Source: a virus | Length of the DNA stretch: 64,000 bases | Direction: 5' to 3' (one strand) | IMG/VR virus record: IMGVR_UViG_3300017991_000051 | Location: 105,253 to 169,252 of that record | Position numbers and translations under genes: made by a program | Notes under the pieces: model-generated | What the model was told of the DNA's origin: nothing | What the model saw: the letters and a program-made list of their open reading frames with translations, nothing else | The model's database searches: none | In this document: in pieces, positions 29,477 through 39,647 of the stretch | Numbering within the stretch: position 1 is the first letter of the stretch | Layout of the letters: each line of letters starts with the position of its first letter

Positions 29477-29924
29477 ATTCCTTCTCCAGTAATTGATAGA
29501 TCAGCGACGCTGCGCTGTTCGCAAAGTCTCTGCCGGCGGCCGCCGGCTTCATACGGTGCGCCCGGCACTCCTTCCTCCACTCCTGTACGAAACGCCGATA
29601 GGCCCGGATATCGTACTTGCTGGCCACGGCCGGATAGTTCTCGTGGACCATCCCGCGCTTCCGGACCTGCTGGATGTACTTCTCGAAGTACTCGTCGTAC
29701 CCCTCCCACGTCCTGATCGGGTTGCGGCTGATATGCGATGACGTGTAGGACAGAAGTGCCGCCACCGTACTCACGTTGACGTTCTGCCTGTTCTTGAGGT
29801 AATAGGAGTATGCGGCATTGGCCGCCTGTGTCGGCGGCGTATGCAGCGGTGTCGTACAGCCGGCCAGCAGGAATACAGACGCCAGAATACACACGCATGC
29901 CGTGCGTAGGATATGCTTGTTCAT
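29457..29924 (-). CDS. Lipoprotein
   Basis: Signal peptide ending in the LLAG-C lipobox. Confidence 0.7.
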   Translation of the reverse strand: MNKHILRTACVCILASVFLLAGCTTPLHTPPTQAANAAYSYYLKNRQNVNVSTVAALLSYTSSHISRNPIRTWEGYDEYFEKYIQQVRKRGMVHENYPAVASKYDIRAYRRFVQEWRKECRAHRMKPAAAGRDFANSAASLIYQLLEKEYDRDTR

Positions 29925-29928
29925 GTGA

Positions 29929-32436
29929 TTAACTCAGCTTGTCGAGGTCGACGTCCGAACCGAGTAGCGCGGCATCCGGCTCAACGGTTTTCTTCTTCAG
30001 GAAGAGCACCAAGTCGCCGACGCTCTTGAATGTGTTGCGCAGAGCGTCTTCCAGCTCACGCATTTCCTCCTCACCATAACGCTCACCGAACTTCTCGTTG
30101 TGCCAGTAGAACATGAACAGCAATCTGCCGATCCTGTCCAAACCGACAACCAGATCCGCCAAATACTTTTCGATAACGGGATCGATGTCCATCGTCTTCA
30201 CCAACCCGCCGAGCACCGAAGTATCCAGCACCTCCTTCTGACCCGTCCGCGCCGCATCGACAGCCGCCCGCGCCGTTGGGGGATCACCACGTTGTGGATC
30301 GTATACATCCATCCCCGCCAATGGCAGCCGAACGTCCTCGTAATGCGACTGGTCCGTTTCGGATAGCGCACCGATATTCTGGTCGTAGTATTTGATGTTG
30401 TCCAACATCGCTACAGACGGCGCCGTAGGCCCGGGAATCAATGGACCTCCGGCACCGGTGTAGCCTTGCGCGTACTTAACCAGGAATGTATCTGCACCTG
30501 CTTCATCGGCCCGCTTCAGCATCATACGCGCTGCACCCTTCGTGACGCCATGACGCAGTATAAGGTCGCGCATCGCATCGTCACGCTGCAGCCGCGGACC
30601 CGGTTTACCCGAATCCAGCTGATAGCCGAGACCGTCACTCCAGACCTTGATGGGCCGGAGTTCAGCATTCTTCAGTAGCGCCAGCTCAGCATCCGTAATA
30701 CACCCGGGCACGAAGTCCAAACCATCGCTGGCCTTCGATATCCGGAATGCCTTGCATGCTGAAGGAACCATCAGGGTGTCGCCGACCGACTTCAGGCGAC
30801 CGACGCTATCGGATATGACAACCGGACGGACATTGTGTTTCCACCAGTCCCTCGGCTCCGAATCAAGATCCGGTTTGTCCAGATCCTGAGACGGAAAGTC
30901 ATGATCGATAGTGCATCGATAGCTGAAGGGGTCGTCTCTCCTCATCAGGTTCCCATCGCTTTGAACGCAACCATATGGCACGTGCACATATAGGTCGTTC
31001 CCCGCCTTCTCCACAACATTGAATACCAAACTGCCATCCGCATCCTCGCTGATGAGGGCGTAAGTACCCCTCTCCTCCATGTTGGATGCGTCGATAAGCT
31101 CTTTTTCGTAGAAAGGTTTCCAGTCGGTGATCTGGTTGGTACGGACGAAGATCTTCTTCGGGTCGAAATAGCCCCAGCCCTTCCCGTCGCGCTGGATGAC
31201 GAGCACGGCGTTGGCCACGCCGGTACCGATGGTCTTCGGGCCCTTAATGATGATAACGGGATGGGACTTCCCATCCTTGCTGATCATCTCGAAGAGGCCG
31301 GAGCAGTCTGGGTTGGTCAGCTCCTGCGTCATGTTCACGTCGTAGACCTTTGACTGCTGGTCAGATGTTCGGGAATCCCGAACAACTAGACCCTCGTCCA
31401 TCAACTCACTTCGCTCCTCCGACGTCAGATCCGTCCCATCAAGACCCTCACGCCTCGTAACGATCTCGACGTCGCCTACCTCGTCCGCCGCGCGCTTCTC
31501 CACCATGGGAGCAGAAACTATTGTCGGCAGGACCTCGCGAAGGTGCGCAGCTGACTTCACGCCCAGTGACGTCAGAACACGCACCACCGTCTTATCCGTC
31601 CCGACCAGCTTATTGTAGCCGGCCCCCGCCAGCTTCGTCGCGTAGTAACGGAACAGTTGTCGGTCAAGCCCATGTTTCTGAAGCAGAACATCCGATGGTG
31701 GAAGTACCTCCTGCTCCGCTTTCTTCTCCATGGGCGGGAGTAAATCGCTGCCGTTGTAGAATCGGCCGAGCGCTTCGCCGAATTCCGGACATGTCCGGAT
31801 TTGCGCGGCGATCACCTGCGCAGCCTTCACCCCCAGCTCCGGTATCACCTTCGCCAAGTCCATACGCGCTGCCGCTTCTTTGTAAATGGGATGGTTCGGT
31901 GAGCGGAGGAACACGCGGAGCGTAGGAGTAATATCAAACTTCTGGCCGTCGCACCAGTAACCGTAACGGCTCTCGTCCGACGGGTCGTAAGAGGTAGGCG
32001 CCGAGGACGTCTTGTCCCAGCCCCGGAGCGGTGACCGCTGGTATACCCAGAAGTCGGGGATGCCGACGCCGAGGTCGGATTCGGTTTGGGACGTGCCTTC
32101 GCCCAGCACAGTAGGCTTCCGGCTGATGAGGTAGTTCACCCAGTTTTCCTGGAGTGGTACGAATGCGTCCTGCTCCTTGATGTACAGAAGCTCGTTACCC
32201 TTCAACTCCCCGTTCAGGAAGAACACAGGGGCGTAGAACCATTGGTTGCCGACCTTGAAGCCGTAGACGCCGGCGGCCTTTGTCTCATCTTCGTTCTTGT
32301 CGATTACTTGAAACCCGACGAGGAAGTCGAGCAGGCGGGGCGCTTTATCTTTCAGATAAGCATAAGCCAAGTCCGCGAACGAACGCTCGAACTGGGGATT
32401 CTGGCCGCCGCCCTGTGCTGTTTTCTCGGTTGTCAT
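29929..32436 (-). CDS. Large hypothetical virion/head protein (835 aa)
   Basis: Long ORF with GGAGG SD; many K-x-A motifs. Confidence 0.7.
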   Translation of the reverse strand: MTTEKTAQGGGQNPQFERSFADLAYAYLKDKAPRLLDFLVGFQVIDKNEDETKAAGVYGFKVGNQWFYAPVFFLNGELKGNELLYIKEQDAFVPLQENWVNYLISRKPTVLGEGTSQTESDLGVGIPDFWVYQRSPLRGWDKTSSAPTSYDPSDESRYGYWCDGQKFDITPTLRVFLRSPNHPIYKEAAARMDLAKVIPELGVKAAQVIAAQIRTCPEFGEALGRFYNGSDLLPPMEKKAEQEVLPPSDVLLQKHGLDRQLFRYYATKLAGAGYNKLVGTDKTVVRVLTSLGVKSAAHLREVLPTIVSAPMVEKRAADEVGDVEIVTRREGLDGTDLTSEERSELMDEGLVVRDSRTSDQQSKVYDVNMTQELTNPDCSGLFEMISKDGKSHPVIIIKGPKTIGTGVANAVLVIQRDGKGWGYFDPKKIFVRTNQITDWKPFYEKELIDASNMEERGTYALISEDADGSLVFNVVEKAGNDLYVHVPYGCVQSDGNLMRRDDPFSYRCTIDHDFPSQDLDKPDLDSEPRDWWKHNVRPVVISDSVGRLKSVGDTLMVPSACKAFRISKASDGLDFVPGCITDAELALLKNAELRPIKVWSDGLGYQLDSGKPGPRLQRDDAMRDLILRHGVTKGAARMMLKRADEAGADTFLVKYAQGYTGAGGPLIPGPTAPSVAMLDNIKYYDQNIGALSETDQSHYEDVRLPLAGMDVYDPQRGDPPTARAAVDAARTGQKEVLDTSVLGGLVKTMDIDPVIEKYLADLVVGLDRIGRLLFMFYWHNEKFGERYGEEEMRELEDALRNTFKSVGDLVLFLKKKTVEPDAALLGSDVDLDKLS

Positions 32437-32536
32437 CGTGTTGTATGGCCTCCTGTTACAACGCAGGGGGATATATCTCTATACCACACTGCTGTCATTG
32501 TTATATAAAAATCCGCGTTTGCCAAGCGTTAAAACC

Positions 32537-34408
32537 TTAGTATACACCTTTTTCCTCCAGCTCCTCACCGAAGCCCTTACTGCGTGCGAGCGCCGGTACG
32601 TACGATACGCCCCGCACCTTCGATGTTCGGCCGCGATGGAGGGCCTCCATAAGCCCGCGTTGGAGGTAGGAACCGCCGAGGCGTACCTGCCAGTCGGGTA
32701 TGACCGTCATCTGCTGCATGGCACGTACCATCTCCGGCTCGAACGGCGGAGGATCCGTATGCACGGTCAGCTCCTTCACGCCCCGTTTGTGCAGATCGTC
32801 CGACACCTTCTTCGTGATACGGGTGCCGATCGAGTACTGATGGATCGGCCTCTCGAGGTAGCTGCCGACGGCGGCCGTCGGCTTCAAGACTCTGAAACCG
32901 TATCGCGGCCGGTAGTTGCGCTCGATGGTCGTGTACTCGACGATGTCGTCCGGCAGCGCGTTGTCGATCCCGTCCAATTCTGTAACGCGCACATGGTTGA
33001 TGAGTCCACGGGTCAGCAGCTCGATGTTCCGCCGGTTGGGGGACATCCCGCTCTTCTTATAGGCGTTCTGGAATACCCTCATGAAGTCGAGCCGTCCAGC
33101 GCCCACACCCTTGTAGCGAACGAGGTCCGCCGGGTTCGGCAATCCCTTCGACAGCATATCTCCGGCTTCCACACGGTCACCGGACTTCACCGTAACCTCA
33201 AGACCCGGAGGCGCGAAGTGTTCCTCGTCACCCACGACGACAATCGTACCGCCCTGAGGTGCCGGCCGCACTTCCTTCACCGTCCCGTCCATACGCGCCA
33301 CTGCCGCACCGCCGCGGAAGCTCTTCGGGACCTGCACGAGCTGGTTGATCAGCGGGAAGCCCGTAAGCTCTCCCTCGATCTCGCCGCCGCGTACACGGCC
33401 GCCGGTATGCTTCACGTTCAGCGAGCCCTGGCTCAGCCGCTCGGACAGGGATTGCGCTGCGGCCACCCCCACGTTGTCACCGATCTCCGGGAAGTCCCCG
33501 CGCTCGCGGATACCCACACAGCGTGAGCAGACCCCGTGCTTTGCCTCACATGTCAGCGGGGACCGCACGTAGACCGTCTTGTCCTTCTTGGCCGCCGTTG
33601 CCCGCTTCAACTGCCGGGCAATCCTCGGGTCGATAACGGTGCCGGACGGAATGGAGCCGACCGGCTGGATGAGCACCGTACCGATATTGTCCGGATCGTC
33701 GGCATCAACGGGGATACCCCGATCCGTTTCACAATCATCCTCCGTTACCACCTGCCGGTGGGCGGCCTGCACCATCTGCTTCCCGAAGAAGCCGGTGCGC
33801 GCCGTAGCCAACTTGGATGAGATCGTCCCCTTCCTCGCCCCATACGCTCCGGCCCAGTACTCAAACGGATCGGTGCCGGCGGCGAAGCTCGTAAGCATCG
33901 GCGCCGGTATCAGACGGTCCTTGTGACCGGTGACCATCAAGCCACCGACGAGCATGGAACGAAGATCGCCGAGGCCGCCGCGAGATCCGGAGATAACTTG
34001 CGTAGCAAACGGGTTGCCCATGGCCTTCGTCTCCGCAAACAGCGTCTCGTCAATTCGGGGGGCAGCCTTCATCACCATGTTCTTGACCGCAGCCTCCTTC
34101 TGCTCCTCCGTCAGGTCCGAACGTTCCACCGTCTCCGTCACCTTCGCGCGGAGGGCATCCATCATCCGCTTGGTCTTCGGTGGCGTCAGCAGATCGTAGA
34201 TTGAGAAGCTGGAACCGGTCGACTGCGCGGATTGCTGACCAACCTGATGTAGAGCGTGTATGACGTCACGGTACAGCTCAGCGTCGCCCTCCTGCGCCAC
34301 CTGCTCCAACAGGTCCTTGACGCCCTTCTTGTCCAGTACCCTGTTGTAATCCCGCAGGTGCGCCGGAAGTACGCTATTTATAAGAACTTGGCCGACCGTT
34401 GTCTGCAT
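32537..34408 (-). CDS. rpoC-like: Phage multisubunit RNA polymerase beta' subunit, C-terminal part
   Basis: Bridge helix (GARKG..TARTG), EDDCET, RSPLTC..GVCSRC Zn site, GVAAAQSLSE..Q...KHTGG trigger loop; lacks NADFDGD. Confidence 0.9.
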   Translation of the reverse strand: MQTTVGQVLINSVLPAHLRDYNRVLDKKGVKDLLEQVAQEGDAELYRDVIHALHQVGQQSAQSTGSSFSIYDLLTPPKTKRMMDALRAKVTETVERSDLTEEQKEAAVKNMVMKAAPRIDETLFAETKAMGNPFATQVISGSRGGLGDLRSMLVGGLMVTGHKDRLIPAPMLTSFAAGTDPFEYWAGAYGARKGTISSKLATARTGFFGKQMVQAAHRQVVTEDDCETDRGIPVDADDPDNIGTVLIQPVGSIPSGTVIDPRIARQLKRATAAKKDKTVYVRSPLTCEAKHGVCSRCVGIRERGDFPEIGDNVGVAAAQSLSERLSQGSLNVKHTGGRVRGGEIEGELTGFPLINQLVQVPKSFRGGAAVARMDGTVKEVRPAPQGGTIVVVGDEEHFAPPGLEVTVKSGDRVEAGDMLSKGLPNPADLVRYKGVGAGRLDFMRVFQNAYKKSGMSPNRRNIELLTRGLINHVRVTELDGIDNALPDDIVEYTTIERNYRPRYGFRVLKPTAAVGSYLERPIHQYSIGTRITKKVSDDLHKRGVKELTVHTDPPPFEPEMVRAMQQMTVIPDWQVRLGGSYLQRGLMEALHRGRTSKVRGVSYVPALARSKGFGEELEEKGVY

Positions 34409-34914
34409 TAGCTTAACTCGTCTACTGCCTCAATAATGGCCTTCGCATGCGCTTCCAGACTATCGACGATCTCGATAGCCGGCGCGTTTAAGCCGCCCAT
34501 CACGAGTTTCGTTTGTATCCTTACATCCTGTTCTCGTTTGTACCCGGGCTCGATGCCTATAACGATCTTCATCGGCCGCATAGCGCCGCACTGAAATCTG
34601 GCCAGATGCCGGCCAAGTTCGTACATGCATATCGGCTGCACGCTCTCACTGGCAGAGAACCACATACTGAAGATATCGGAGATGTTCAGCGCCTGATACT
34701 CCCATGTGATCTGTTCTAGTGCTGCGTTCGGATCGTGAATCGGGAAATCTTTGCGTCGAGGGTTCAATAACGTTCCCACCATGTCCGGCGCAAGTTTCTG
34801 TATTATTGCTACTAACTCTTGCTGCCATTCCGGACATTGCGTAATACCTCCAGCCAAAAACACGAACGGTCGCGACATCCCATCCAACTTGTTTACCGCT
34901 TCAACGTAATCCAT
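34408..34914 (-). CDS. Nucleoside 2-deoxyribosyltransferase-like protein
   Basis: VFLAGGIT.CPEWQ..LNPRR..QITWE..ICMYELG. Confidence 0.8.
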   Translation of the reverse strand: MDYVEAVNKLDGMSRPFVFLAGGITQCPEWQQELVAIIQKLAPDMVGTLLNPRRKDFPIHDPNAALEQITWEYQALNISDIFSMWFSASESVQPICMYELGRHLARFQCGAMRPMKIVIGIEPGYKREQDVRIQTKLVMGGLNAPAIEIVDSLEAHAKAIIEAVDELS

Positions 34915-34929
34915 TGTTCCTTCCTCCTC

Positions 34930-37167
34930 CTATTTGCGGCGACCCATCATCGCCGCTCCGGCGCCGAACAGCGCCGGTAGTACTATGCCGGGTAGTAAGT
35001 AAGTAGCGTATGCCCGGCGCAATAAACGCTTCTGTTCCTCCGGCTTCCTCCCCTTCGGAATGCTCTCCGTAATATACTTGTTGGCCAGTTGGCTGGCCTG
35101 CAACTCGTTGATCCACGTCGGCAGGTTCGTTACCGCACCCGAAGCCATCCCCGTCAGGGCGCCCAGTATGGGGCTGCCGGTCTTCATACCCACGAAGATG
35201 CCTGGCATCGTCTTCGCCAGCCCCGCAACACTCGCCGCCGAACGGAGTGGTCCCTGCACGAAACGTGACGGACTGTACCACGGCCGGCCGTGTATCTTGG
35301 CATGACCCGCCTCGTGCGCGATCATCCCCGGCTTCAGATATTGAGGATCATACAATATCATTCCCTGACGTACAGCTCTTTTCGCCTGCGCATTGTCGAC
35401 GAGCCCGAGTTGCTGCATCTGCCCCATGAACTTCTTCCCCTCTCGAGGAGGGACGAACGCCGCGTTGCCCAAACCGGGTACGGCAACCGTCGTGAAGCTG
35501 GGGTCCAGACCCATCCGCGTATACACTCGCGGAATATAGGGACGGTACGTCCCGGGTGTGCGCTCCAGCTGTCGCCCGACACGGTTGCCCAACCACTTGT
35601 TCAACGCGACGTCCGCAGTGATACCGGTCCCGAGCAGTAGATACTTCAGCATCTGCGGGTCGAGCGCGCCGGTCTTCTCCAGTACGCGCTTGTTCGCCCA
35701 TTTCCTCATCGATGTCTTCAACGCTTGCGCCGCCTTCGCCAGCGGGTAGTCCTCGTGACGTGCAATATAGGATGGGGCGCGCCACGCCCCGCTCGGAAAT
35801 TGTTCCTGTGAACTGACGCGGGCGGTTCGGCCGATGTAATCCTCAGGATTGGTCCACATCTTCTTCCGCTCGTCATCGGAGAAACCGGTACCGACCTTAC
35901 CCACGATCGGGCCCTCCGGCGTCAGGCTGTAACGGAAACCGCCGGCACCGACGCCCTCATACTTACCCTCGCCGGGAAAAATGTCACGGATGAATACGTC
36001 GCCCTCTTCCATCTGCTTCACCTTAACGGGCTTGCCGCCCATCTCCGGGAAACCGACTACGCCCTCTCGAGTCACCGGCAGCTTACCGGTAACGACGTCC
36101 TCCCACAACCGCTTCTTGCTCTTGGCGTCGGTGGCGTACGGAGGCTGTGTGAACACGCTCTTCGGCAGGTGGCGAAGAGCATCATCCACAACCATCTTCT
36201 TCTGCTCCCACGGCAGGTTGTGCGCCTCCACGCCCTTATCCTCTTCCTGCACGCCGAAGAGGGCCATGCGCATCTTGATCTTCTTCCGCTCCTGTTCCCG
36301 CAAGCTCTTGGCCACCGCAGCGTTCAGAATCCCGCCCAGCTCGGCCGCGGGTATCGCCTTCCCCTCACGCTCCCCGTATATCTCACCGCGAAGCGTCTTA
36401 CCCTGAAGATGCTTTGGGATGTCGAACTTCTTCCCAGCGAGTCCCATCCGGTGGGTGTGTATAATCGGCTCCCCCGTCCCCTTCCGCGCGCGGTAGCTCA
36501 GGACCTGAACGTGGTCCTTCATGAGTCGGAGGAAGGCGGCCGCACCGTCGATCTTCGCGGACATGACGTAGCTGGGATCGAACAGCTTGTCGACCTGCTC
36601 CGCCGGCACCTTCTTGTAGTGCACCTTCTTGTACGACACCGGCTTCGTCTCCGTCGTGTTGAACAGGTACCACGCCGGCTTCTTCCCCGTCTTGGCGCCG
36701 AGGCGTACGAGCGTAAAATCCTCCGGGTTCTTCTTATGCGCGATCGTAAACTTGACCTTCTTCGGCGTGGCCTCGCTGATCAATACCTCACCGAGGTCGG
36801 TACGATGGACACGGCCGGCGCCGTAGCCTAATGGTATACGACCTTGGAACTTGGAGTACGCTTCGGAGTGAAGGGGTTGCTGGAAGACGGTGATCTTCTC
36901 ACCCGGTTTGGGTAAGTCCTTCTTCGTAGCGAAGGATAGCATCTTGTCCTTGCCCAGCCGGATATCATGGTGGGGGCCCGCGCGGCGCGCTATGTGCCGT
37001 TGTACCACCCACGGGACGAGCGCTCCCGGTTGGAGCATGGTAGCCTCGCCAAGGTCCTTCGGATCAGTTATCCCGGGCGCAAACTCGGCGGCCGCAGACT
37101 TCTGAATGTCGTCGTCGGTTAGCCAATAGTCCACATGCATTGTGTTGGACTGCGACACTGTAATCAC
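34930..37167 (-). CDS. LigD-type 3'-phosphoesterase + ATP-dependent DNA ligase + membrane HExxH domain fusion
   Basis: QRHIARRAGPHHDIRL and FQGRIPLGYGAG (PE domain); KIDG, GEIY, EGVV, KVK and KVGTGFSD (ligase/OB); AHEAGH plus hydrophobic helices. Confidence 0.8.
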   Translation of the reverse strand: MITVSQSNTMHVDYWLTDDDIQKSAAAEFAPGITDPKDLGEATMLQPGALVPWVVQRHIARRAGPHHDIRLGKDKMLSFATKKDLPKPGEKITVFQQPLHSEAYSKFQGRIPLGYGAGRVHRTDLGEVLISEATPKKVKFTIAHKKNPEDFTLVRLGAKTGKKPAWYLFNTTETKPVSYKKVHYKKVPAEQVDKLFDPSYVMSAKIDGAAAFLRLMKDHVQVLSYRARKGTGEPIIHTHRMGLAGKKFDIPKHLQGKTLRGEIYGEREGKAIPAAELGGILNAAVAKSLREQERKKIKMRMALFGVQEEDKGVEAHNLPWEQKKMVVDDALRHLPKSVFTQPPYATDAKSKKRLWEDVVTGKLPVTREGVVGFPEMGGKPVKVKQMEEGDVFIRDIFPGEGKYEGVGAGGFRYSLTPEGPIVGKVGTGFSDDERKKMWTNPEDYIGRTARVSSQEQFPSGAWRAPSYIARHEDYPLAKAAQALKTSMRKWANKRVLEKTGALDPQMLKYLLLGTGITADVALNKWLGNRVGRQLERTPGTYRPYIPRVYTRMGLDPSFTTVAVPGLGNAAFVPPREGKKFMGQMQQLGLVDNAQAKRAVRQGMILYDPQYLKPGMIAHEAGHAKIHGRPWYSPSRFVQGPLRSAASVAGLAKTMPGIFVGMKTGSPILGALTGMASGAVTNLPTWINELQASQLANKYITESIPKGRKPEEQKRLLRRAYATYLLPGIVLPALFGAGAAMMGRRK

Positions 37168-37195
37168 CTCAACGACGGATACGGGTAGCGGACAT

Positions 37196-37423
37196 CTAAA
37201 CCTTCACGACGTCCACTAACGGAAGATTCCGCTTGTTGAAACCGAGTGACTCCATCGCTTCCGCGAAGCCGGGGTCATCCGCCGTCTTCAACCAGACTCT
37301 TCCCTCAAGGTTGAGTCCGACGAGAACAGGATCACCCTCATCCGTCATCACGACAAGGGAATCAACTTCAGTCCGCTCCTCCGGAGGTGACGTTATGCCA
37401 CCTGACTGAATTCTTACTTTCAT
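37196..37423 (-). CDS. Hypothetical protein
   Basis: 75 aa with ATGA overlap to the upstream gene. Confidence 0.6.
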   Translation of the reverse strand: MKVRIQSGGITSPPEERTEVDSLVVMTDEGDPVLVGLNLEGRVWLKTADDPGFAEAMESLGFNKRNLPLVDVVKV

Positions 37424-38142
37424 TTACCTGGCCTGCTCCGTTTCAGGATTTCAGCCATCCTGTCCGTTACGCTCTCTCCGTCAAGTGGTCGTGGGCCGGA
37501 GGCTGCGATCTGCATGGCGCCCGGAGGTGCCATACCCTGCATAGCCTGTGCCGAACCGGGATCCATCGGACCAGCCCCGAGTGGTACGGCTCCCGCACCC
37601 TCAGCCGGCTGGCCGGCACCGGCGCCCATACCCGCTGCCGCGCCGGGAGCAGGTGCAGCCTCCTCGACGGCTTGAGACATAGCCTGCTCAGGATTGGCCA
37701 AGCCCATCATTTCCAGCACTTGTGCCAGAGCGCCCTCAACCGCGCCAAGTCGAGCTTCCATATCCTTCGCTGGTTTACTCTCACCGCCGGGAGCTGCGCC
37801 GGGCGCAACGCCCATTTCCTGTACAACCTGACGCACCGCCTGTACGATCATGTCGTACGCCGGATCCCCGCCTCCGCCAGGAGGAGGAGCAGCTGGGGCT
37901 ATTGGAGCAGCCGCCGGAGGAGGCAAGCTAACTGCAGGGCCCGCCCCAGCCGCCATCGGATCCATCGGTGCGCCGCCAGCAGCCGCCATTGCCGGATCCA
38001 TCGGCGGGGCTGCTGCTGCGCCGGCTCCTCCAGCCGGCATTGGCTCAAATGCTTCCTTGTCCATGGTCTCCCCCGGCTCCCCGCTCAGCTGTGCAAGATT
38101 CCAGAGTGCCATTTTCTGTAATTGTCCTGTCTTGTTATTCAT
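37420..38142 (-). CDS. A/P/G/M-rich low-complexity virion protein
   Basis: Start at MNNKTG; PMDP repeats. Confidence 0.6.
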   Translation of the reverse strand: MNNKTGQLQKMALWNLAQLSGEPGETMDKEAFEPMPAGGAGAAAAPPMDPAMAAAGGAPMDPMAAGAGPAVSLPPPAAAPIAPAAPPPGGGGDPAYDMIVQAVRQVVQEMGVAPGAAPGGESKPAKDMEARLGAVEGALAQVLEMMGLANPEQAMSQAVEEAAPAPGAAAGMGAGAGQPAEGAGAVPLGAGPMDPGSAQAMQGMAPPGAMQIAASGPRPLDGESVTDRMAEILKRSRPGK

Positions 38143-38327
38143 TATCGCTTGATCCTCCTCGAACGCCGCCGAGCGGCAGCGATCTCCGTGTCCCGTGTGT
38201 GATCGTATCCCGCCTTCAGGCACACGGCCTTAATGCGGGGATGCATTCTCGCCCATGACAGTTTGCCGGATCGAATGGCTTCCGGCACCCACTTCATGAT
38301 ACAGCGCTTACACAGAGGTCTAGCCAT
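38142..38327 (-). CDS. Small basic Cys/His protein
   Basis: 61 aa, coupled to both neighbours. Confidence 0.5.
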   Translation of the reverse strand: MARPLCKRCIMKWVPEAIRSGKLSWARMHPRIKAVCLKAGYDHTRDTEIAAARRRSRRIKR

Positions 38328-39624
38328 TTACCTTGTCCAGATACTCCGCCAGTTTCGTCAGCGCTGCTGCTTTCTTACCCTTAGCTGCCATGCTCTGAAA
38401 TTTGCCCTTGCCGAACTTCTTCCGGCCGATCGCGGCCGCGAGTGCTCCGGGATCCTCCACGCCCTTCTCGCCGCTCAGCTTCTTCTTGAGCGCCTTGAAT
38501 CGGCCACCCTCACCGGGAGCGTCCTTAGACGCCGGTTTCGCATCCTTCTCGAGGACGTCGTACCACTCAACAGCACGATCGATGTCGCCGTCTACCAGCA
38601 GCTCAGCAACCTTCATCAGGATCTCTTCGTGTACACTCATGACCCGCATCTCCTCCTTCGCGCCCTTGACAGACCCGCGTTCGGTGATGATGGCGGAAGT
38701 CTGATCAACTGCCTCCGTCTGCTCACCGTGCTGTGTGTCCGGCGACGTTTCCTCACCCACGGCCCCAGACATAGCCTGTATGGCCTTCTCCGGATCCGTA
38801 TCGTTCAACTTCACATTCTCGACGTCTTCGGCCGTCACCTTCGGCTTCGGCGCCGATACCGGAGTTTCCGGGGGAAGAACTGCAGCCGACTTGCTGGCCA
38901 GCTCGTGCGCGTATGCGTACACTACGGCCTCCCCAGCGTGCGGGTTAATCCCCTCTCCCTCCATCCACTCATGAAATGTTTCATCACTCAAGTTCGGGGT
39001 CTTCGCGATGTACGCACGTATTTTCTTCTTTTGCTCGGCTGTAGGCGTAGTCCCAACCTCTTCCTCGTCGCCACTCGCCTTCTTCGAGTGACCGCCGCCT
39101 TCCATCTTCTTCAGCTTGGAATAGTATTCCTTATCCTCCTGAAGATGATCCATCGCGATCTCTTTCGCCTTGACCGGATCGTTGGTGTGCTCCATCTCGA
39201 CCTTGGTTCCCATCGCAAGTTGATCCGCCGGGTACTCGGCCGGCGCATGGCCTGCCGCCAACCCGCCAGGAATATTCTTTCCTGTTGGTTTGTCAGCCAT
39301 TGTCATATCCTCCGCTGTTTTTCTCTCGGCTGTACCGATTACTTTGTTCGCCTCATCACGACCATCATCATACAGTCGCTGCTCATCCGGTGCCAACGTA
39401 TTTAACAATGTCAGAAATTCGCCGGCATGTACGATCTCCTCATTCGCGATATCGCGAAGAAGTTTAGCCGCATTCTCATTATCCGTCGACTCCGCCAACT
39501 GTATGTAAAGCTGAACGGCCTCGTACTCCGCCGACACCATGAAACGGATCGCGCGGATCAATTCCTCCGCCGTCAACTTCCTGTCGTTTGCCAGTCCACT
39601 AAATGCGTTTCCAAAATCCGGCAT
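38320..39624 (-). CDS. Ferritin-like (encapsulin-cargo/rubrerythrin-type) domain fused to DUF5661-like and other phage modules
   Basis: AEYEAVQLY..DIANEEIVHAGEF; GTKVEMEHT..AKEIAMDHL.ED.EYYSKL. Confidence 0.75.
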   Translation of the reverse strand: MPDFGNAFSGLANDRKLTAEELIRAIRFMVSAEYEAVQLYIQLAESTDNENAAKLLRDIANEEIVHAGEFLTLLNTLAPDEQRLYDDGRDEANKVIGTAERKTAEDMTMADKPTGKNIPGGLAAGHAPAEYPADQLAMGTKVEMEHTNDPVKAKEIAMDHLQEDKEYYSKLKKMEGGGHSKKASGDEEEVGTTPTAEQKKKIRAYIAKTPNLSDETFHEWMEGEGINPHAGEAVVYAYAHELASKSAAVLPPETPVSAPKPKVTAEDVENVKLNDTDPEKAIQAMSGAVGEETSPDTQHGEQTEAVDQTSAIITERGSVKGAKEEMRVMSVHEEILMKVAELLVDGDIDRAVEWYDVLEKDAKPASKDAPGEGGRFKALKKKLSGEKGVEDPGALAAAIGRKKFGKGKFQSMAAKGKKAAALTKLAEYLDKVNG

Positions 39625-39647
39625 CGGAATCCTCCCACCAAAACCAT

